Below are positions 52,419 through 63,179 of a stretch of 64,000 bases of DNA, in pieces. Source of the stretch: Candidatus Peregrinibacteria bacterium (GTDB lineage: Bacteria > Patescibacteriota > Gracilibacteria > Peribacterales > Peribacteraceae); contig JAYUSS010000131.1 of assembly GCA_043755535.1 (NCBI GenBank), positions 10,829 to 74,828 of the forward strand, read 5' to 3'. A program made the position numbers and the translations under genes. Position 1 is the stretch's first letter; every line of letters starts with the position of its first letter. The notes beneath the pieces are model-generated. The model did not search any database. It was not told the DNA's origin and worked only from the letters and a program-made list of their open reading frames with translations.

Positions 52419-55001
52419 TTATTCATCCGAGTCCAATTTATCCTCAAGTTCGCTTCTAAATTCTGAGTTGATAAGGTTGCCATTTCGTAGGTAGGTAAAA
52501 AATTCAATGTAGGAGATAGGGCTGAGAAAATGAAATAGGTATCGCTGCTTAATCTGCTTTTGTTTCAATTCATTATTTAAATCTTCAAAGTGCTGTTTCG
52601 CATATTTATATTTTGCGCGATTTTCAAGAGAGTCATCGTTGTCAGCTTTTACTTCAACCACAATAAAATAATCGCATTCCTTGTTTTTAATATAAATAAA
52701 ATAATCGGGATTAAATGACTGCTGCTTAGAATGTTTTCCTCCAGTAGATGTAATTGAGTATTCAATGCTATAAAAACCTTTATCTCTCGACTTTACCCAA
52801 GCCTCAATTATTTCAGCGTTTTCCTTTTTGCATAACATTTCAAGAAACTTTCTTTCTGGTTCTGCTTTAGTAAATACAATATTCAAAGGAGTTTTAAACA
52901 AATATGGGTTAATTAGTTTGGAGGAGCTTTTCGGGAATGTCTCATCTTCAATAACTGACTGCAAAATGTCAGAGGTCTCTTTTCCTAATTCTGCTGTGAA
53001 ATCCTCAGTGTAGAACACTGTTGCATAGTGGCGTAGGTTGCCAACTGAAAGTGTCTCTTGTTCAATTTTATTCGTGTTAAGCAAATAAGGGTCGGTTATC
53101 TTTCGAATATTTACAACCGTTTTTCCTCTTTTGCGTAAGAGTGTCCCAAACATTGAAAGAATCTTTTGCTTATTTTTTTCAGTCATTACATTTCCCTTGA
53201 TACCAACCCTATTCATCGAGTTTCGTATAATCGTTTTTATTGCCTCTTTAGGAGGGAGATTTTCTTTCGTATAGTAACCCTCAGGCAACCTTAATATTTT
53301 GCCCTCCCATTCACGGATTTTAAATTCATCAAATATTTTATTTACAACTTCTTCAATCGTGTATGTGTTATATGAAATAAGTGTGTTCTTAGATGATATT
53401 TTACCACTCAAGTCTGTGTACTCTGTTTCTTTTTCTGTTTTCTCAACTTGAGCGATTAATTCGATATAACCCTTAGTATAATCAAATTCAGTATGTTCTC
53501 TCGTTGATTCTTTCTCCTGAGGTTCCTTCTCATAATTAATATTGTAAAGCTCAAAATTGAACTTGCTCCTTTTTCCAGTCCTCAGCGGTAAACTAAATAA
53601 CTTCATTTCTACTTCTAATATTTCATCCACAAGTCCCGTAATATTACGACTCCAACTATCATGATTAAATACTCTGACACGAGGCTGCGGAGATTGATAC
53701 TCAGGAGGAATCCTTAGTCCTCGTCCCAATACTTGTGCAATAAGCAGCTTTGAATTAAAAGCTCTATCCTCCCATGGAACAATTTGAAACACATTTTTTA
53801 CATCCCACCCTTCGGTGAGCATTGAAACTGATACTATCCACTCAACGGGGTTATCCGCGTTATCAACTTTAGAAAGTTTAGCAATATTCGCTCTATGGTC
53901 TTTATGCGAAGTAACAATAAGAACTTTTTTATTAATATCCTCTCTTGGTAAATTCTCCTTTTGGGTAAGGTAATCAATTAGTTCTTCAGCTAGCTGTTTA
54001 GCTCGTGTTATATCTTTTGTAACTAAAATTGTTAAAGGTTTTACTTTTCTATACATGTCTTTATTCGATTTATGATTATCATAAATTTTTTGGAACTTTT
54101 CCTGACTGTCTAAAGTATCATCCTGACTAACATAATCTACCATTTTAACCATTCTGTCGTCCTCTGCCTGCCGTAGGGAATAACGATAGATAACGTCATT
54201 AAAATATTCATCTTCGATATATGCAGTGCCTGTGAATCCAAGGATAAAATGAAACGAATAATCTGAACTTAACAAAAAATCTTTCCATTTTCGGATATCC
54301 TGATTCTGTTTATCATTCCCTGCTACTACATTGTAGATGTGATGTGATTCATCATTCAAAACTAATACTTTATCGCCGCCTCCCTTTAAGCTGTCTCGAA
54401 TTGAGGAACCAGTTTTATCATATACTGCATGAATATTTTCGATGCAAATGTCACCATTTTTTACCGTAACATTTGCATTAACAATACTTGGATTTCGAAA
54501 TTTTGCGTTATCAGGAATGGAATTCTTTAACTTAATATCACTGCTAAGAGCAGTAAATTTTTCCATTAAACCTTTTTCGATTGTAAGGGACGGACAAAGC
54601 ACCAACACTCTATCAACTAATCCCAAGCCAAGCATAATTTGCGCGATTGCATACATTACGTAACTCTTTCCAGTGCCAGTCGCTAAATCTATATTTGCAC
54701 TTAGTTTCTGCGGCAACTGCAAATGCCGACAATATTCATCAACAGTATTATAACGAGTTCTTAACTCAGTATTGTGCGGGTCACTCCAGTTTTCCCTAAC
54801 AAGGTCTTCTGTACTCTTATAATTACCTGACGCTAAAAATATTATTGCTTGTTGTATTGCTTCTTTTTGGTAGCTCCTACCATCAATAGCAATATCCAAA
54901 AACCTATCCCAGCTGCTTAAATCTAATTTTGCAGGGTCAAAGGTTTGGCTTACCTTTAATACCAGGTCGCCTGTCTTATATGTTTTAATTTCCTGAAGCA
55001 T
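52419..55001 (-). CDS. res: Type III restriction enzyme, Res subunit (SF2 helicase + PD-(D/E)xK nuclease)
   Basis: LATGTGKSYV (motif I), LNDESHH (motif II), MLTEGWDV, QVLGRGLR. C-terminal nuclease motif PDYFIY..FIVVEVK. Confidence 0.85.
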   Translation of the reverse strand: MLQEIKTYKTGDLVLKVSQTFDPAKLDLSSWDRFLDIAIDGRSYQKEAIQQAIIFLASGNYKSTEDLVRENWSDPHNTELRTRYNTVDEYCRHLQLPQKLSANIDLATGTGKSYVMYAIAQIMLGLGLVDRVLVLCPSLTIEKGLMEKFTALSSDIKLKNSIPDNAKFRNPSIVNANVTVKNGDICIENIHAVYDKTGSSIRDSLKGGGDKVLVLNDESHHIYNVVAGNDKQNQDIRKWKDFLLSSDYSFHFILGFTGTAYIEDEYFNDVIYRYSLRQAEDDRMVKMVDYVSQDDTLDSQEKFQKIYDNHKSNKDMYRKVKPLTILVTKDITRAKQLAEELIDYLTQKENLPREDINKKVLIVTSHKDHRANIAKLSKVDNADNPVEWIVSVSMLTEGWDVKNVFQIVPWEDRAFNSKLLIAQVLGRGLRIPPEYQSPQPRVRVFNHDSWSRNITGLVDEILEVEMKLFSLPLRTGKRSKFNFELYNINYEKEPQEKESTREHTEFDYTKGYIELIAQVEKTEKETEYTDLSGKISSKNTLISYNTYTIEEVVNKIFDEFKIREWEGKILRLPEGYYTKENLPPKEAIKTIIRNSMNRVGIKGNVMTEKNKQKILSMFGTLLRKRGKTVVNIRKITDPYLLNTNKIEQETLSVGNLRHYATVFYTEDFTAELGKETSDILQSVIEDETFPKSSSKLINPYLFKTPLNIVFTKAEPERKFLEMLCKKENAEIIEAWVKSRDKGFYSIEYSITSTGGKHSKQQSFNPDYFIYIKNKECDYFIVVEVKADNDDSLENRAKYKYAKQHFEDLNNELKQKQIKQRYLFHFLSPISYIEFFTYLRNGNLINSEFRSELEDKLDSDE

Positions 55002-55002
55002 A

Positions 55003-57093
55003 TTATTTAGCGGAAGGATGTATTTTTAACTCCTCCTTAAATTCATTTCCGTAGATATCAACATAGATAACCATGATTTTATTGCCACATTCATTCTTAT
55101 TAAAAGTTGGAATGATAATTTCTTTTTGATGTTTAAGTACCTTCTTAATTTCAATGGCATCTTCCTCTTCAGTATCGTTCCCTTTTTTGCCATTTTTCTT
55201 AGGTAAAAGGTCTTCTGCAAAGAAAGTAGAATCCATTTCAAATTCCTTACCGTTGTAATCTAAATCCACCAATACCATTGCTAATGATTCAAAGTTGCCC
55301 ATTTCATTCCCGCTCTCCTCTTCTGCAAAATCAGAATTGAATTTTGAGATATGCACAGTTACTGAATCCTTATTTACCACTAATTTTGAAGTAACTTGTG
55401 GTTGTCTCATAAAATGGAAACCAACCGCATCTTCTAAATCATTGATATACTTTTTGCTTTGTGGCTGTCTAAATTTCTTAAATCTAACTTTATGCAGTTC
55501 TCGAATCACATGATAAGGAACTTTTAGAAAATAATATTTAACGTTTCCAATTTCCTGATAATCGCTAATAAAATCTACGTAATTAGCTGGTGCTACGACG
55601 TAAACACGGCTGCCAATTTTATTACCAATATGCGAATGTAAGTCTTCTAAATAGTCTTTATCCACTTGCGAGTTCTTGAATTTCCAATATGGAAAAATGA
55701 TGCAATAGAATCCATCCTTCTTCTGTCCGCTGAAACTAATACCCCCAACTTTCTTATTTGTTTCTTCTATCTCAAAAAGCTCCATGACGAATTTAATAAA
55801 TTCCTCCGTTTGCAAATCAAATATTTTTTGTAAGTCATAATAACCAGTGTTTAAAGTCACGAAACTCTTTGCAAGCTGCTGATGTTTTTCCTTTTCCTTC
55901 ATTAAACTTTTACTTGTTTGAATATTCAATAATCTTTTTTGTATTGTGTAATATGAAAGTTTGCCTATGTCACAAACTATCCATTTTCTGCCCAATTTTT
56001 CGGCAACTGCGGCTGTTGTACCTGAACCTCCGAAGAAATCCATAACCAAATCACCCGGCTGTGAGGATGCCGAAATGATTCTAGCTAGTAATTCTTCAGG
56101 CTTTTGAGTCGGATATCCTACGCTGTCCTCAGGTGTATAAGCATATGTCCCTGTCGGTAAGTCATTGAAGCTCTCGGCTAACTCTTTCTTTCCCATCCAT
56201 ACGTCCCATGCTGACTGAGGTCTTTTTTCAGTTGCCTCAAGAATTGCTTCATCCTTTGTAAGCCTTGGGTTATCTGAAATATAAGTTTTAAGGTAATTGG
56301 AACCTCCGCTACTTTCTTTGCCTCTAGTGTAAAACCAGCCATTTTTATCTTTATCCAAGGCATTGGTGATGCGTTTTGAATAACCCAGTCGCAAAGGTGG
56401 GTTAAAGACTGCTGTAGGTGATTTATAGCAAAATATTAGCTCGTGAGATTTTGGGAAGAATTTTCCTGAACCCATCAACCCACAAACCCAAATGATTTCA
56501 GCGAATTGAAAACTAGGAAATATTTCATCGAGTAGAAGTTTAATAACGTGTCCTTTTCGAGAATCAATATGAACATAAATTGTTCCATCTTCAGAAAGAA
56601 TCTCTTTTGCAAGTATCAATCTTCTTCTAATAAATTCTACAAAATCAGCCCCCTTTGCCTTATCCGCATATGCTTTTTCCTGGCTAGAACCTGTGAAATC
56701 ACTGTTTGTTGCAAAGGGCGGGTCTATATAAATCAATTTTACCTTTCCTTTTATCTTATTTTTAATCACAGGATTCTTATTTTCATAAACGGTTTTTAAT
56801 AGCTGTAAATTATCACCAAATACAATCATATTTTGCCAGCCGTCATTGAATTTCTTCCTCTCACCGTTAAATATCTTTTCAATTTGAAGGGGTACAGGAC
56901 AAATACCGTCTTCATTAGAAAGGATATCCTCTTTTCGCATTTTACCTCCATAAACTACTTCATATTCCTTCTGCAGAATCGGAAACATTTTATATTTATA
57001 CTCTGCTGGAAGTGGCTCATTTTTCTGTAAACGACTAATAATGTCTTGAATTTCAAATTCATCGAGCTGGCTTGCAGAGTTATTCATGTTCAT
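55003..57093 (-). CDS. mod: Type III restriction-modification methyltransferase, Mod subunit
   Basis: [11 protein letters not shown] (motif IV) precedes [15 protein letters not shown] (motif I), the beta-class order. The central variable region is a presumed target-recognition domain. The stop abuts the res start. Confidence 0.85.
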   Translation of the reverse strand: MNMNNSASQLDEFEIQDIISRLQKNEPLPAEYKYKMFPILQKEYEVVYGGKMRKEDILSNEDGICPVPLQIEKIFNGERKKFNDGWQNMIVFGDNLQLLKTVYENKNPVIKNKIKGKVKLIYIDPPFATNSDFTGSSQEKAYADKAKGADFVEFIRRRLILAKEILSEDGTIYVHIDSRKGHVIKLLLDEIFPSFQFAEIIWVCGLMGSGKFFPKSHELIFCYKSPTAVFNPPLRLGYSKRITNALDKDKNGWFYTRGKESSGGSNYLKTYISDNPRLTKDEAILEATEKRPQSAWDVWMGKKELAESFNDLPTGTYAYTPEDSVGYPTQKPEELLARIISASSQPGDLVMDFFGGSGTTAAVAEKLGRKWIVCDIGKLSYYTIQKRLLNIQTSKSLMKEKEKHQQLAKSFVTLNTGYYDLQKIFDLQTEEFIKFVMELFEIEETNKKVGGISFSGQKKDGFYCIIFPYWKFKNSQVDKDYLEDLHSHIGNKIGSRVYVVAPANYVDFISDYQEIGNVKYYFLKVPYHVIRELHKVRFKKFRQPQSKKYINDLEDAVGFHFMRQPQVTSKLVVNKDSVTVHISKFNSDFAEEESGNEMGNFESLAMVLVDLDYNGKEFEMDSTFFAEDLLPKKNGKKGNDTEEEDAIEIKKVLKHQKEIIIPTFNKNECGNKIMVIYVDIYGNEFKEELKIHPSAK

Positions 57094-57155
57094 GTGGGGA
57101 GTCTATCAAATAGAACGATATAAGGTAAGGTTTTATAAAACACCCTATAAGCTCG

Positions 57156-58079
57156 CTAGTACATCTTCAGGACATTCTTAGCCAAAGTAAGGGCATAGGG
57201 AATGTCATCCGCGCTCTTAAGGTCCAAGTACGAGATATTTTGGTTGTAATACTTCATGGAATTTGGGATGTCCTTCACGCGGCGTTGCGGGTCTATGGCT
57301 TTAAACGCGCTGGCCAAATTGCGCGGAAACATCAGGCGGAGCTTTGCCAGATAGACATGGAAGCTAAGTGCATTTTTCCTGCCGATACGAAGTGCGATAT
57401 ACCCTTTGCGCGGCTGTACCTCTAGGCGAGAGTCGAGCTTCGTCAGTTCTGAAAGCATTGTGTCATATAGCTCTCGGGTATCCTCCCAGCCCGCCTTGAA
57501 ATGGTCGTCCACTGTGTAGGTTTTTACCTCGCGAGCGACTTTGCGTACGCTCTCGGAGGCAGGGGCAATTTGCGCGAGCTTCGCGCCCTTCTGGCTGCTT
57601 TGTAGCTGGATAAGCGAGAGCAAGCTGTTTTCGTATTGCTGCACCTCCCAAAATTCAAACGGCAAGTCCTGAATGCCTAGAGCCTCGCGCTGGTGCGGAG
57701 TGAACGAGGCAGCAATAAACAGGACACGGGACGCTTCCCAGTTCACGTCGTCACGCTTGAGCTTCGGAATGACATCATGGGCTTTCAAAACGAATTCTGC
57801 TCGGTTGTTGAGCAAGAGGGATAGATAGGCGAACCCTTGGTCAATTAGAGGCTCATGCGTACCCCGCTTGTATTCGATAAGTACGAAGCTGTTTTGCTCG
57901 GTGTCGAATGCAACAGTGTCTATGCGTAGGCCGTTGTTCGGTGCGAATTCTGAAGCAACAAACGTCAGGCCAAACGCTTCGTCTAGGTCAGCTTCGATAA
58001 GCCGTTGCAAATCGCGCTCTATACGAAAGGGTTTTTCCTTTATTCGCTTAAGTGTGTTGTTGGCTGTAAATAGTGGCAT
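57156..58079 (-). CDS. PD-(D/E)xK nuclease-like N-terminal domain + DUF5655-like C-terminal domain protein
   Basis: RIDTVAFD..FVLIEYKR (D..E-x-K). The C-terminal half (..KGYIALRIGRKNALSFHVYLAKLRLMF..) is DUF5655-like. Co-directional with mod and 62 nt upstream of it, but GC-richer than mod/res. Confidence 0.5.
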   Translation of the reverse strand: MPLFTANNTLKRIKEKPFRIERDLQRLIEADLDEAFGLTFVASEFAPNNGLRIDTVAFDTEQNSFVLIEYKRGTHEPLIDQGFAYLSLLLNNRAEFVLKAHDVIPKLKRDDVNWEASRVLFIAASFTPHQREALGIQDLPFEFWEVQQYENSLLSLIQLQSSQKGAKLAQIAPASESVRKVAREVKTYTVDDHFKAGWEDTRELYDTMLSELTKLDSRLEVQPRKGYIALRIGRKNALSFHVYLAKLRLMFPRNLASAFKAIDPQRRVKDIPNSMKYYNQNISYLDLKSADDIPYALTLAKNVLKMY

Positions 58080-58118
58080 ATGCGGATAGTGTAACCAATG
58101 CGCCTTCGTTTAAATACG

Positions 58119-58469
58119 TCATTTTGAACCATCCTCTAAAAACCTCTTTTGAAGTTTCTGTATGCGCTCTCCTGTTAATTGATACTTGAGCAGTGCAGTT
58201 ACATCGCCGTCGCTGTATATTTTATCGAGTCCCCATGTAACGTACATATCCGACGTTTCAGTCAAGCAGTCTCTCGCTAGTTCTTGGTATTCGGCGTACT
58301 TAGCCGTATATTTTTCCACTACCGTTAGATTCTGTGCCAACGCTCTTTTATTGCCTTGAATCTGGTAATACTGAGCAACAATCGTGCCTGTCATTGCCAT
58401 GATGATGAACGCGCACGCTATCAGAATGCCGAAGGCGTGCTTCTGCATTTGAGTGTGTATCTTATTCAT
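58119..58469 (-). CDS. Small single-pass membrane protein (hypothetical)
   Basis: One TM segment (FGILIACAFIIMAMTGTIVA); 116 aa. Confidence 0.4.
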   Translation of the reverse strand: MNKIHTQMQKHAFGILIACAFIIMAMTGTIVAQYYQIQGNKRALAQNLTVVEKYTAKYAEYQELARDCLTETSDMYVTWGLDKIYSDGDVTALLKYQLTGERIQKLQKRFLEDGSK

Positions 58470-58557
58470 AAGAGTAGGCGGGAAAGGGCTAACACCTTAA
58501 GTATTACACCTTAAACATGAGGTTCTCAAGACAAGCCTGAGGTTAGAAGATAAACAG

Positions 58558-58806
58558 GTGAAAAAACAAGGAGCTTCCCATCGAGCTATAGAAGACGTTT
58601 CGTTGCAACTTAGCGATAGGATTCGTGCGCTTCGCGAGAAACAAAACCTCACTCAGCAAGCACTCGCTTCAAAGGCAGGGGTGTCCTTAAAGTACCTACA
58701 AGCCCTAGAGTCCCCGAATCCGCATAATGCGAGCGTGGTTATCCTGAACAAGCTGGCCAAGGGTTTCGACATGCCTCTCTGGAAGCTCCTAAAATTCGAC
58801 GAGTAG
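58558..58806 (+). CDS. XRE-family helix-turn-helix transcriptional regulator
   Basis: IRALREKQNLTQQALASKAGVSLKYLQALES is an XRE-type HTH; 82 aa; GTG start. Confidence 0.75.
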   Translation: MKKQGASHRAIEDVSLQLSDRIRALREKQNLTQQALASKAGVSLKYLQALESPNPHNASVVILNKLAKGFDMPLWKLLKFDE

Positions 58807-59052
58807 TTTTGATACTTATAAAGGTACATCGAGTTATTAAACTTTTGCCCCCCCTCGCGCGAACGTCTAAAAACAGGGATAAAGTGCCTTGGCTCGTTCC
58901 TGACAGAACGGAAGTCTTGGTTTCTTTCCCCCAACCCCCTAAAACCAACCACTATAACGTCATTATAAGTAGCCTGTTTAATTCTAAAGGGCGCACTTCT
59001 CTAATAGGGGCTGCGGTTTTATTGGTAATTTTATAACCTATTTAAAAACAGG

Positions 59053-59823
59053 TTATAAAATTTTAAGCTCTGGTCTGTAGAAATTAACCGTCCCATACCG
59101 TTGGAAGCCTTTATAGAACTGATTGCTAGCCACTTTCTGAACCGAAGCCGCGAACCATTTACCACCCATCGGAGCCGCGATGCCTCTTTTATTAAGCAAC
59201 TGCGCTATGTGGTGGTAACTGAGCCGCTTACCCTGCTGCCGCTTCCGTCTAAACCCTACAATGTCCCTAACCGTTGTTAATTCGGCGGGAACAGCCACAT
59301 ATTCGCTTCCTAATGTCCTGTAACCGTAGGCACAACGGCCTCCAGCGTATCCTTTGCCAGCCTCTACTTTTTTCAGTCTGCCAGCGGACATTCGCGCAGT
59401 AATCATTTCCTTTTCGTATTCGGCCATCATAGCTTTGAACTGTCTAAATAATTTCCTACTAGGCTCGTTCGATAGCAGGTCAGGTTCTTCTATAGAAATA
59501 ACGGCCAGTCCACGTTTCTGAAAGTCGGCCAATAACTGCTCTGAAACCACGAGGCTGCGCGATAGCCTGTCGAGCCGTAGAAATACCAACCCCAAGCCCA
59601 TGTCTTTATGCTCCTCTGCGTAATTCAACAATCGTAGAAGTGCGGGACGGTCTTTAAGCGAACCTGAAACTGCCTCGTCCCTGAAAATATCGAGCAACGG
59701 TAGGCCATGTTTCTCTGCGTACTCTTTAATGCGGTCTTCCTGAATCTTGATACCGAAACCGTCGCGCTGGCCTTCCGTTGAAATTCTGGAATACCCTATC
59801 AAGTGTCGGGGTGTGTCGGCCAT
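59053..59823 (-). CDS. Serine recombinase (resolvase domain + partial recombinase domain, no Zn ribbon)
   Basis: LIGYSRISTEGQ (catalytic Ser), FLRLDRLSRS, then GYAGGRCAYGY.. recombinase-domain-like segment; 256 aa. Confidence 0.85.
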   Translation of the reverse strand: MADTPRHLIGYSRISTEGQRDGFGIKIQEDRIKEYAEKHGLPLLDIFRDEAVSGSLKDRPALLRLLNYAEEHKDMGLGLVFLRLDRLSRSLVVSEQLLADFQKRGLAVISIEEPDLLSNEPSRKLFRQFKAMMAEYEKEMITARMSAGRLKKVEAGKGYAGGRCAYGYRTLGSEYVAVPAELTTVRDIVGFRRKRQQGKRLSYHHIAQLLNKRGIAAPMGGKWFAASVQKVASNQFYKGFQRYGTVNFYRPELKIL

Positions 59824-59866
59824 AGAGAGAAGTTGGTAGGAGTTATAATGGCGTTATAAGTGCGGC

Positions 59867-60070
59867 TCAGATGGCCATGATTTGCTGCGGGCCATCGGGG
59901 TACATCTCGCAATAGCGTTTGTAGTTCTTCATGATGTCCAAACATTCGATGCGTTCTAGCCCGCTAAATTCCATTACGGTTTTTATATCGAACATGTTTG
60001 TGACACCTGAACGTCGAGTGTTTTCGTAGGCATGGAATTTTTCTGGGGTAATCTGTGGCGGATAGTCCAT
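59867..60070 (-). CDS. Small DUF5049-like protein (phage-associated family, tentative)
   Basis: MDYPPQI..RRSGVTNMFDIKTVMEFSGL..IMKNYKRYCEMY. An internal ATG was chosen so it does not overlap the upstream 60087-60329 ORF. Confidence 0.4.
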   Translation of the reverse strand: MDYPPQITPEKFHAYENTRRSGVTNMFDIKTVMEFSGLERIECLDIMKNYKRYCEMYPDGPQQIMAI

Positions 60071-60086
60071 ATAAAGAAATGGGTAA

Positions 60087-60329
60087 TTAAATAGGCTTTT
60101 TGTTCTTGCGTCTCTCTGCCCTCCATAGTTTTTTGTACTGTGCATCCAGCCTCCTAAACTCTTGCCCTCCAAACTCCGCCCCACGGTGTCTTGAGAATGC
60201 TTCTTCCAATCGGCCATTCGCTTCTAAGTAGCGTTGCTCATTCCGTAACGCTTCAATTTTGGACAAAACCTTTTTAATTCTTAACAAAATTTCTTCCATT
60301 TTCGGTGTCTTCGGCAAATTCTTCGGCAT
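60087..60329 (-). CDS. Small coiled-coil hypothetical protein
   Basis: 80 aa, heptad-like charged sequence. Confidence 0.35.
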   Translation of the reverse strand: MPKNLPKTPKMEEILLRIKKVLSKIEALRNEQRYLEANGRLEEAFSRHRGAEFGGQEFRRLDAQYKKLWRAERRKNKKPI

Positions 60330-60655
60330 AAATATCTTTGAGTACGGCGAAGCCAGCCTTTCTGCTTTATTCCTGAAGCGAGGGGCTGTTCTTTCGTCTA
60401 AAATGTATCTTTATACTATATACCTATTCGTCATAGGACAAGCATATTATGGCTTATGTATGCCATTAGTTTGTTGTTCGATTTCCTATTTGTTCTAAGC
60501 CCCCCCTTATACGCGGGTATTGTCTCTTTTTCGTATATTAGGAAATTAAATGAGAATAAATAAACCTCTCCAATAAATCCAAAGTGGCTACCTATACGCA
60601 AGAATGCCGATAGTGCTTTTATCAATTATATGACTTTTAAAGTCTTATGACTTTT

Positions 60656-61672
60656 CTACTGCTCACTTTTGGCGAAATACTGAAGCTCCTCTGATAGTAA
60701 GTACTTAAATGGTGCAAGGTACTGCCTCGCAACTTGGTCTGTATTGATATCAAAGTTAAAATTTAAGGCAATGTTTAAGTGTTTCCTGTCACACAGATAA
60801 CGCATATCCCATATTTTTTCGTTCCACCTAGCATGGTCATTGGCAAACCTACTATGTACGCACCTCCAGATAGCCCTGATAAATAATTCTGGTTCTAGCC
60901 CCTGCTTGATTGATGTCCTGAGCTTCTTGTAGTCCTCCTCCAGCCATTCACATTTCCGCCCCGTTGCTAGATAGAACCCCATAACAATATGCGCCTGTTC
61001 ATCAGCTGACATATCATCGAATATTTGATGCCGCTCCAAGAGCATTTTTGTTATTTCTGAATTATAACCGTTCAATTTTTTGTCAAGCGTCGGCGGCTCT
61101 GGCGCGTTGCTATTATTCTGAATAACTAATTCATTATTCTTTTCCTCTCTCTTTTCAGTATCGTCGTCCTTCGCCCATGTCCCACCCTCCGTCCCACCTT
61201 CATTTTTAGTATTTACTTCATTAAATTTATCTAATTCTATTACCTTCTTAATATTATGTTCAGCATTTGTGCTTAGAGGGTCATTGCTTTCTTCAGCAGA
61301 GGTAACTTCATTTTTATTTATAGGCTCGTTGCAAGTCTGCATAGAGGTATCAGCATCCTTGCTGCTAGGGGTCGTATCAGGAATGACACGAGTCTTGGTA
61401 ATTTTTATATATCTCTTATTGCCTTTAGCCTTATCTATCTCAATTTCAATATAGCCTCGTTTTTGTAACTCACTTATACAACGTGTGACAGTCGCTTTGC
61501 TTAGGTTATACATCTCTGCAAAGTATCTATTGTTTGCCCAACAAAAGCCTTCTTTATGTGTTAACAAATAAATATCGCCGTACATCAGTCTTGCGGCAGG
61601 GTTTATCGTATCATCATGGGCTATATACATCGGTATCTTCATGTAGGACGGTGGTTTCTTCCTTTTATACAT
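60656..61672 (-). CDS. N-terminal wHTH replication/recruitment-type protein (plasmid/phage Rep-like, tentative)
   Basis: ARLMYGDIYLLTHKEGFCWANNRYFAEMYNLSKATVTRCISELQKRGYIEIE is an HTH typical of replisome-organiser-like proteins. Followed by an acidic low-complexity middle and a helical C-terminal domain. Confidence 0.45.
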   Translation of the reverse strand: MYKRKKPPSYMKIPMYIAHDDTINPAARLMYGDIYLLTHKEGFCWANNRYFAEMYNLSKATVTRCISELQKRGYIEIEIDKAKGNKRYIKITKTRVIPDTTPSSKDADTSMQTCNEPINKNEVTSAEESNDPLSTNAEHNIKKVIELDKFNEVNTKNEGGTEGGTWAKDDDTEKREEKNNELVIQNNSNAPEPPTLDKKLNGYNSEITKMLLERHQIFDDMSADEQAHIVMGFYLATGRKCEWLEEDYKKLRTSIKQGLEPELFIRAIWRCVHSRFANDHARWNEKIWDMRYLCDRKHLNIALNFNFDINTDQVARQYLAPFKYLLSEELQYFAKSEQ

Positions 61673-61692
61673 AAATATATTTGGTAGATAAA

Positions 61693-61929
61693 TTAATAAG
61701 GTATGTCTGAAAATAATCGTTTCTTTACAGTTGTTAGGGCATTTACAAAATCAATCGCACCTACTTTTTCATTGCCCCAGTAACGCCGATTTATTTCATC
61801 CTCTTCGATATTCATTTCAAGAATGAACTGCGCCCTTCGTTGTGTCCTATCTATGCTTAACAACTCTCCCTTTTTATCGCAGAGACACCATGCACAGAGC
61901 TGAAAGTCAGTCGTTGTAAATATATGCAT
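61693..61929 (-). CDS. Small DUF5659-like protein (tentative)
   Basis: TTDFQLCAWCLCDKKGELLSIDRTQRRAQFILE..AIDFVNALTTVKKRL matches the pattern as I remember it. Confidence 0.35.
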   Translation of the reverse strand: MHIFTTTDFQLCAWCLCDKKGELLSIDRTQRRAQFILEMNIEEDEINRRYWGNEKVGAIDFVNALTTVKKRLFSDIPY

Positions 61930-62162
61930 AAAAATAAAAGATGAATTTATAAAATATCGGCTTTTGGCGATACTAAGTTCTTATCGCTTTGAGCCTTAGG
62001 AAGAGGTTTAAGCCCATCAAGCGCGAGAAACAGATGTGCTGCTTGCGTGATAAATATTTCTAACGCATCCGATGATTTGGAGGGCTTGTCGTTTTCCATG
62101 CCACTATGAAATCACCTTCAGCCCTCCCAAACTGGACAGGGGAACTTAAATGAATCTGTCTC

Positions 62163-62975
62163 TTACTTTCGTCTTAATTGTTCATATTCTTGCTGAACTC
62201 TAGTAATCTCTTGGGTGACAGCCCCTTTAGAAACCGAGTCTGTGGTTGATAGCTTAGTGATTGAGCCAAATCCCTCATTTATTGTTTGCCATATTTCCTC
62301 GTTATTAAGCCTTTTAGTGAGGCCATCAATAATAAGATATTTCCTATAAACCAGATAGGAACTTATACCCTTCTTCTTCGGGTCTGGAGGAGCAAGTGTT
62401 GAGTGATATGCCATAATCATTGCTTCCATCTCAACTATGCTATTAAAGACACCTTTACTCTTTAGTAAAATATTCACTCCTCGTTCAGTAAGTTCTATAG
62501 AAACTTTTTCATCTTCATATTTAGAAACATCCTTCAATTCTACGCCAAGTGCCACCGCATAGTCCTTCTTGGAATCTACAGCGCGTACTAATTTGGCATC
62601 TTTGCCTACATCATGCGCTAGAGGAAAATTCAAAAATCTTCCATACCTGACAAAGTTTGCGATAGATACAAACCAATCTGGGCTTAGAGAATATTTATTA
62701 ATAAGTTCACCAATGTCGTCTTTAAAGTGTTTGTATTTATTATTTATAACGACAAAATCATCAATATCTAATTCGGTTTTATATGTATCTTTTTCAAGAA
62801 CTTTCACATATCCCTTTTCAGGAATCTCATGCTTCTGCCGAAGCTGCATAATTTCTCTTTGAATATCCATGCTTGTGATTATTCTGAAAAAATTATTTTG
62901 CCCCCTAGCATTACCCATTTGGAGGCAATTTTCCTTAATAACATCCCTATCTATCATCAATATTTTATTCATCAT
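62163..62975 (-). CDS. Hypothetical protein, no recognisable domain
   Basis: 270-aa ORF with ordinary protein-like composition. Confidence 0.45.
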   Translation of the reverse strand: MMNKILMIDRDVIKENCLQMGNARGQNNFFRIITSMDIQREIMQLRQKHEIPEKGYVKVLEKDTYKTELDIDDFVVINNKYKHFKDDIGELINKYSLSPDWFVSIANFVRYGRFLNFPLAHDVGKDAKLVRAVDSKKDYAVALGVELKDVSKYEDEKVSIELTERGVNILLKSKGVFNSIVEMEAMIMAYHSTLAPPDPKKKGISSYLVYRKYLIIDGLTKRLNNEEIWQTINEGFGSITKLSTTDSVSKGAVTQEITRVQQEYEQLRRK

Positions 62976-63179
62976 ATATATATCCCACTTTACTAGCCCA
63001 CCACTGCCATAGATAGGCTTCTCTGTCGCTGCGTTATCGAAGTATATGAGTCTATTACATCAAGTTTATGTTCCATCTGTTTCCAGTAACTCATATTACT
63101 TAACACGGTTATAATAATGTTTGAACTGAGCAGCCATGTAAAGTTAACTTTACACTATATAAACAGTCATGAAAAACAG

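Noticed and set aside
61947-62099. 50-codon minus-strand ORF (MENDKPSKSSDALEIF..) in the 61930-62162 gap
   Set aside because: It is possible but unsupported: it is short, has no recognisable motif, and no clear ribosome-binding site was seen.
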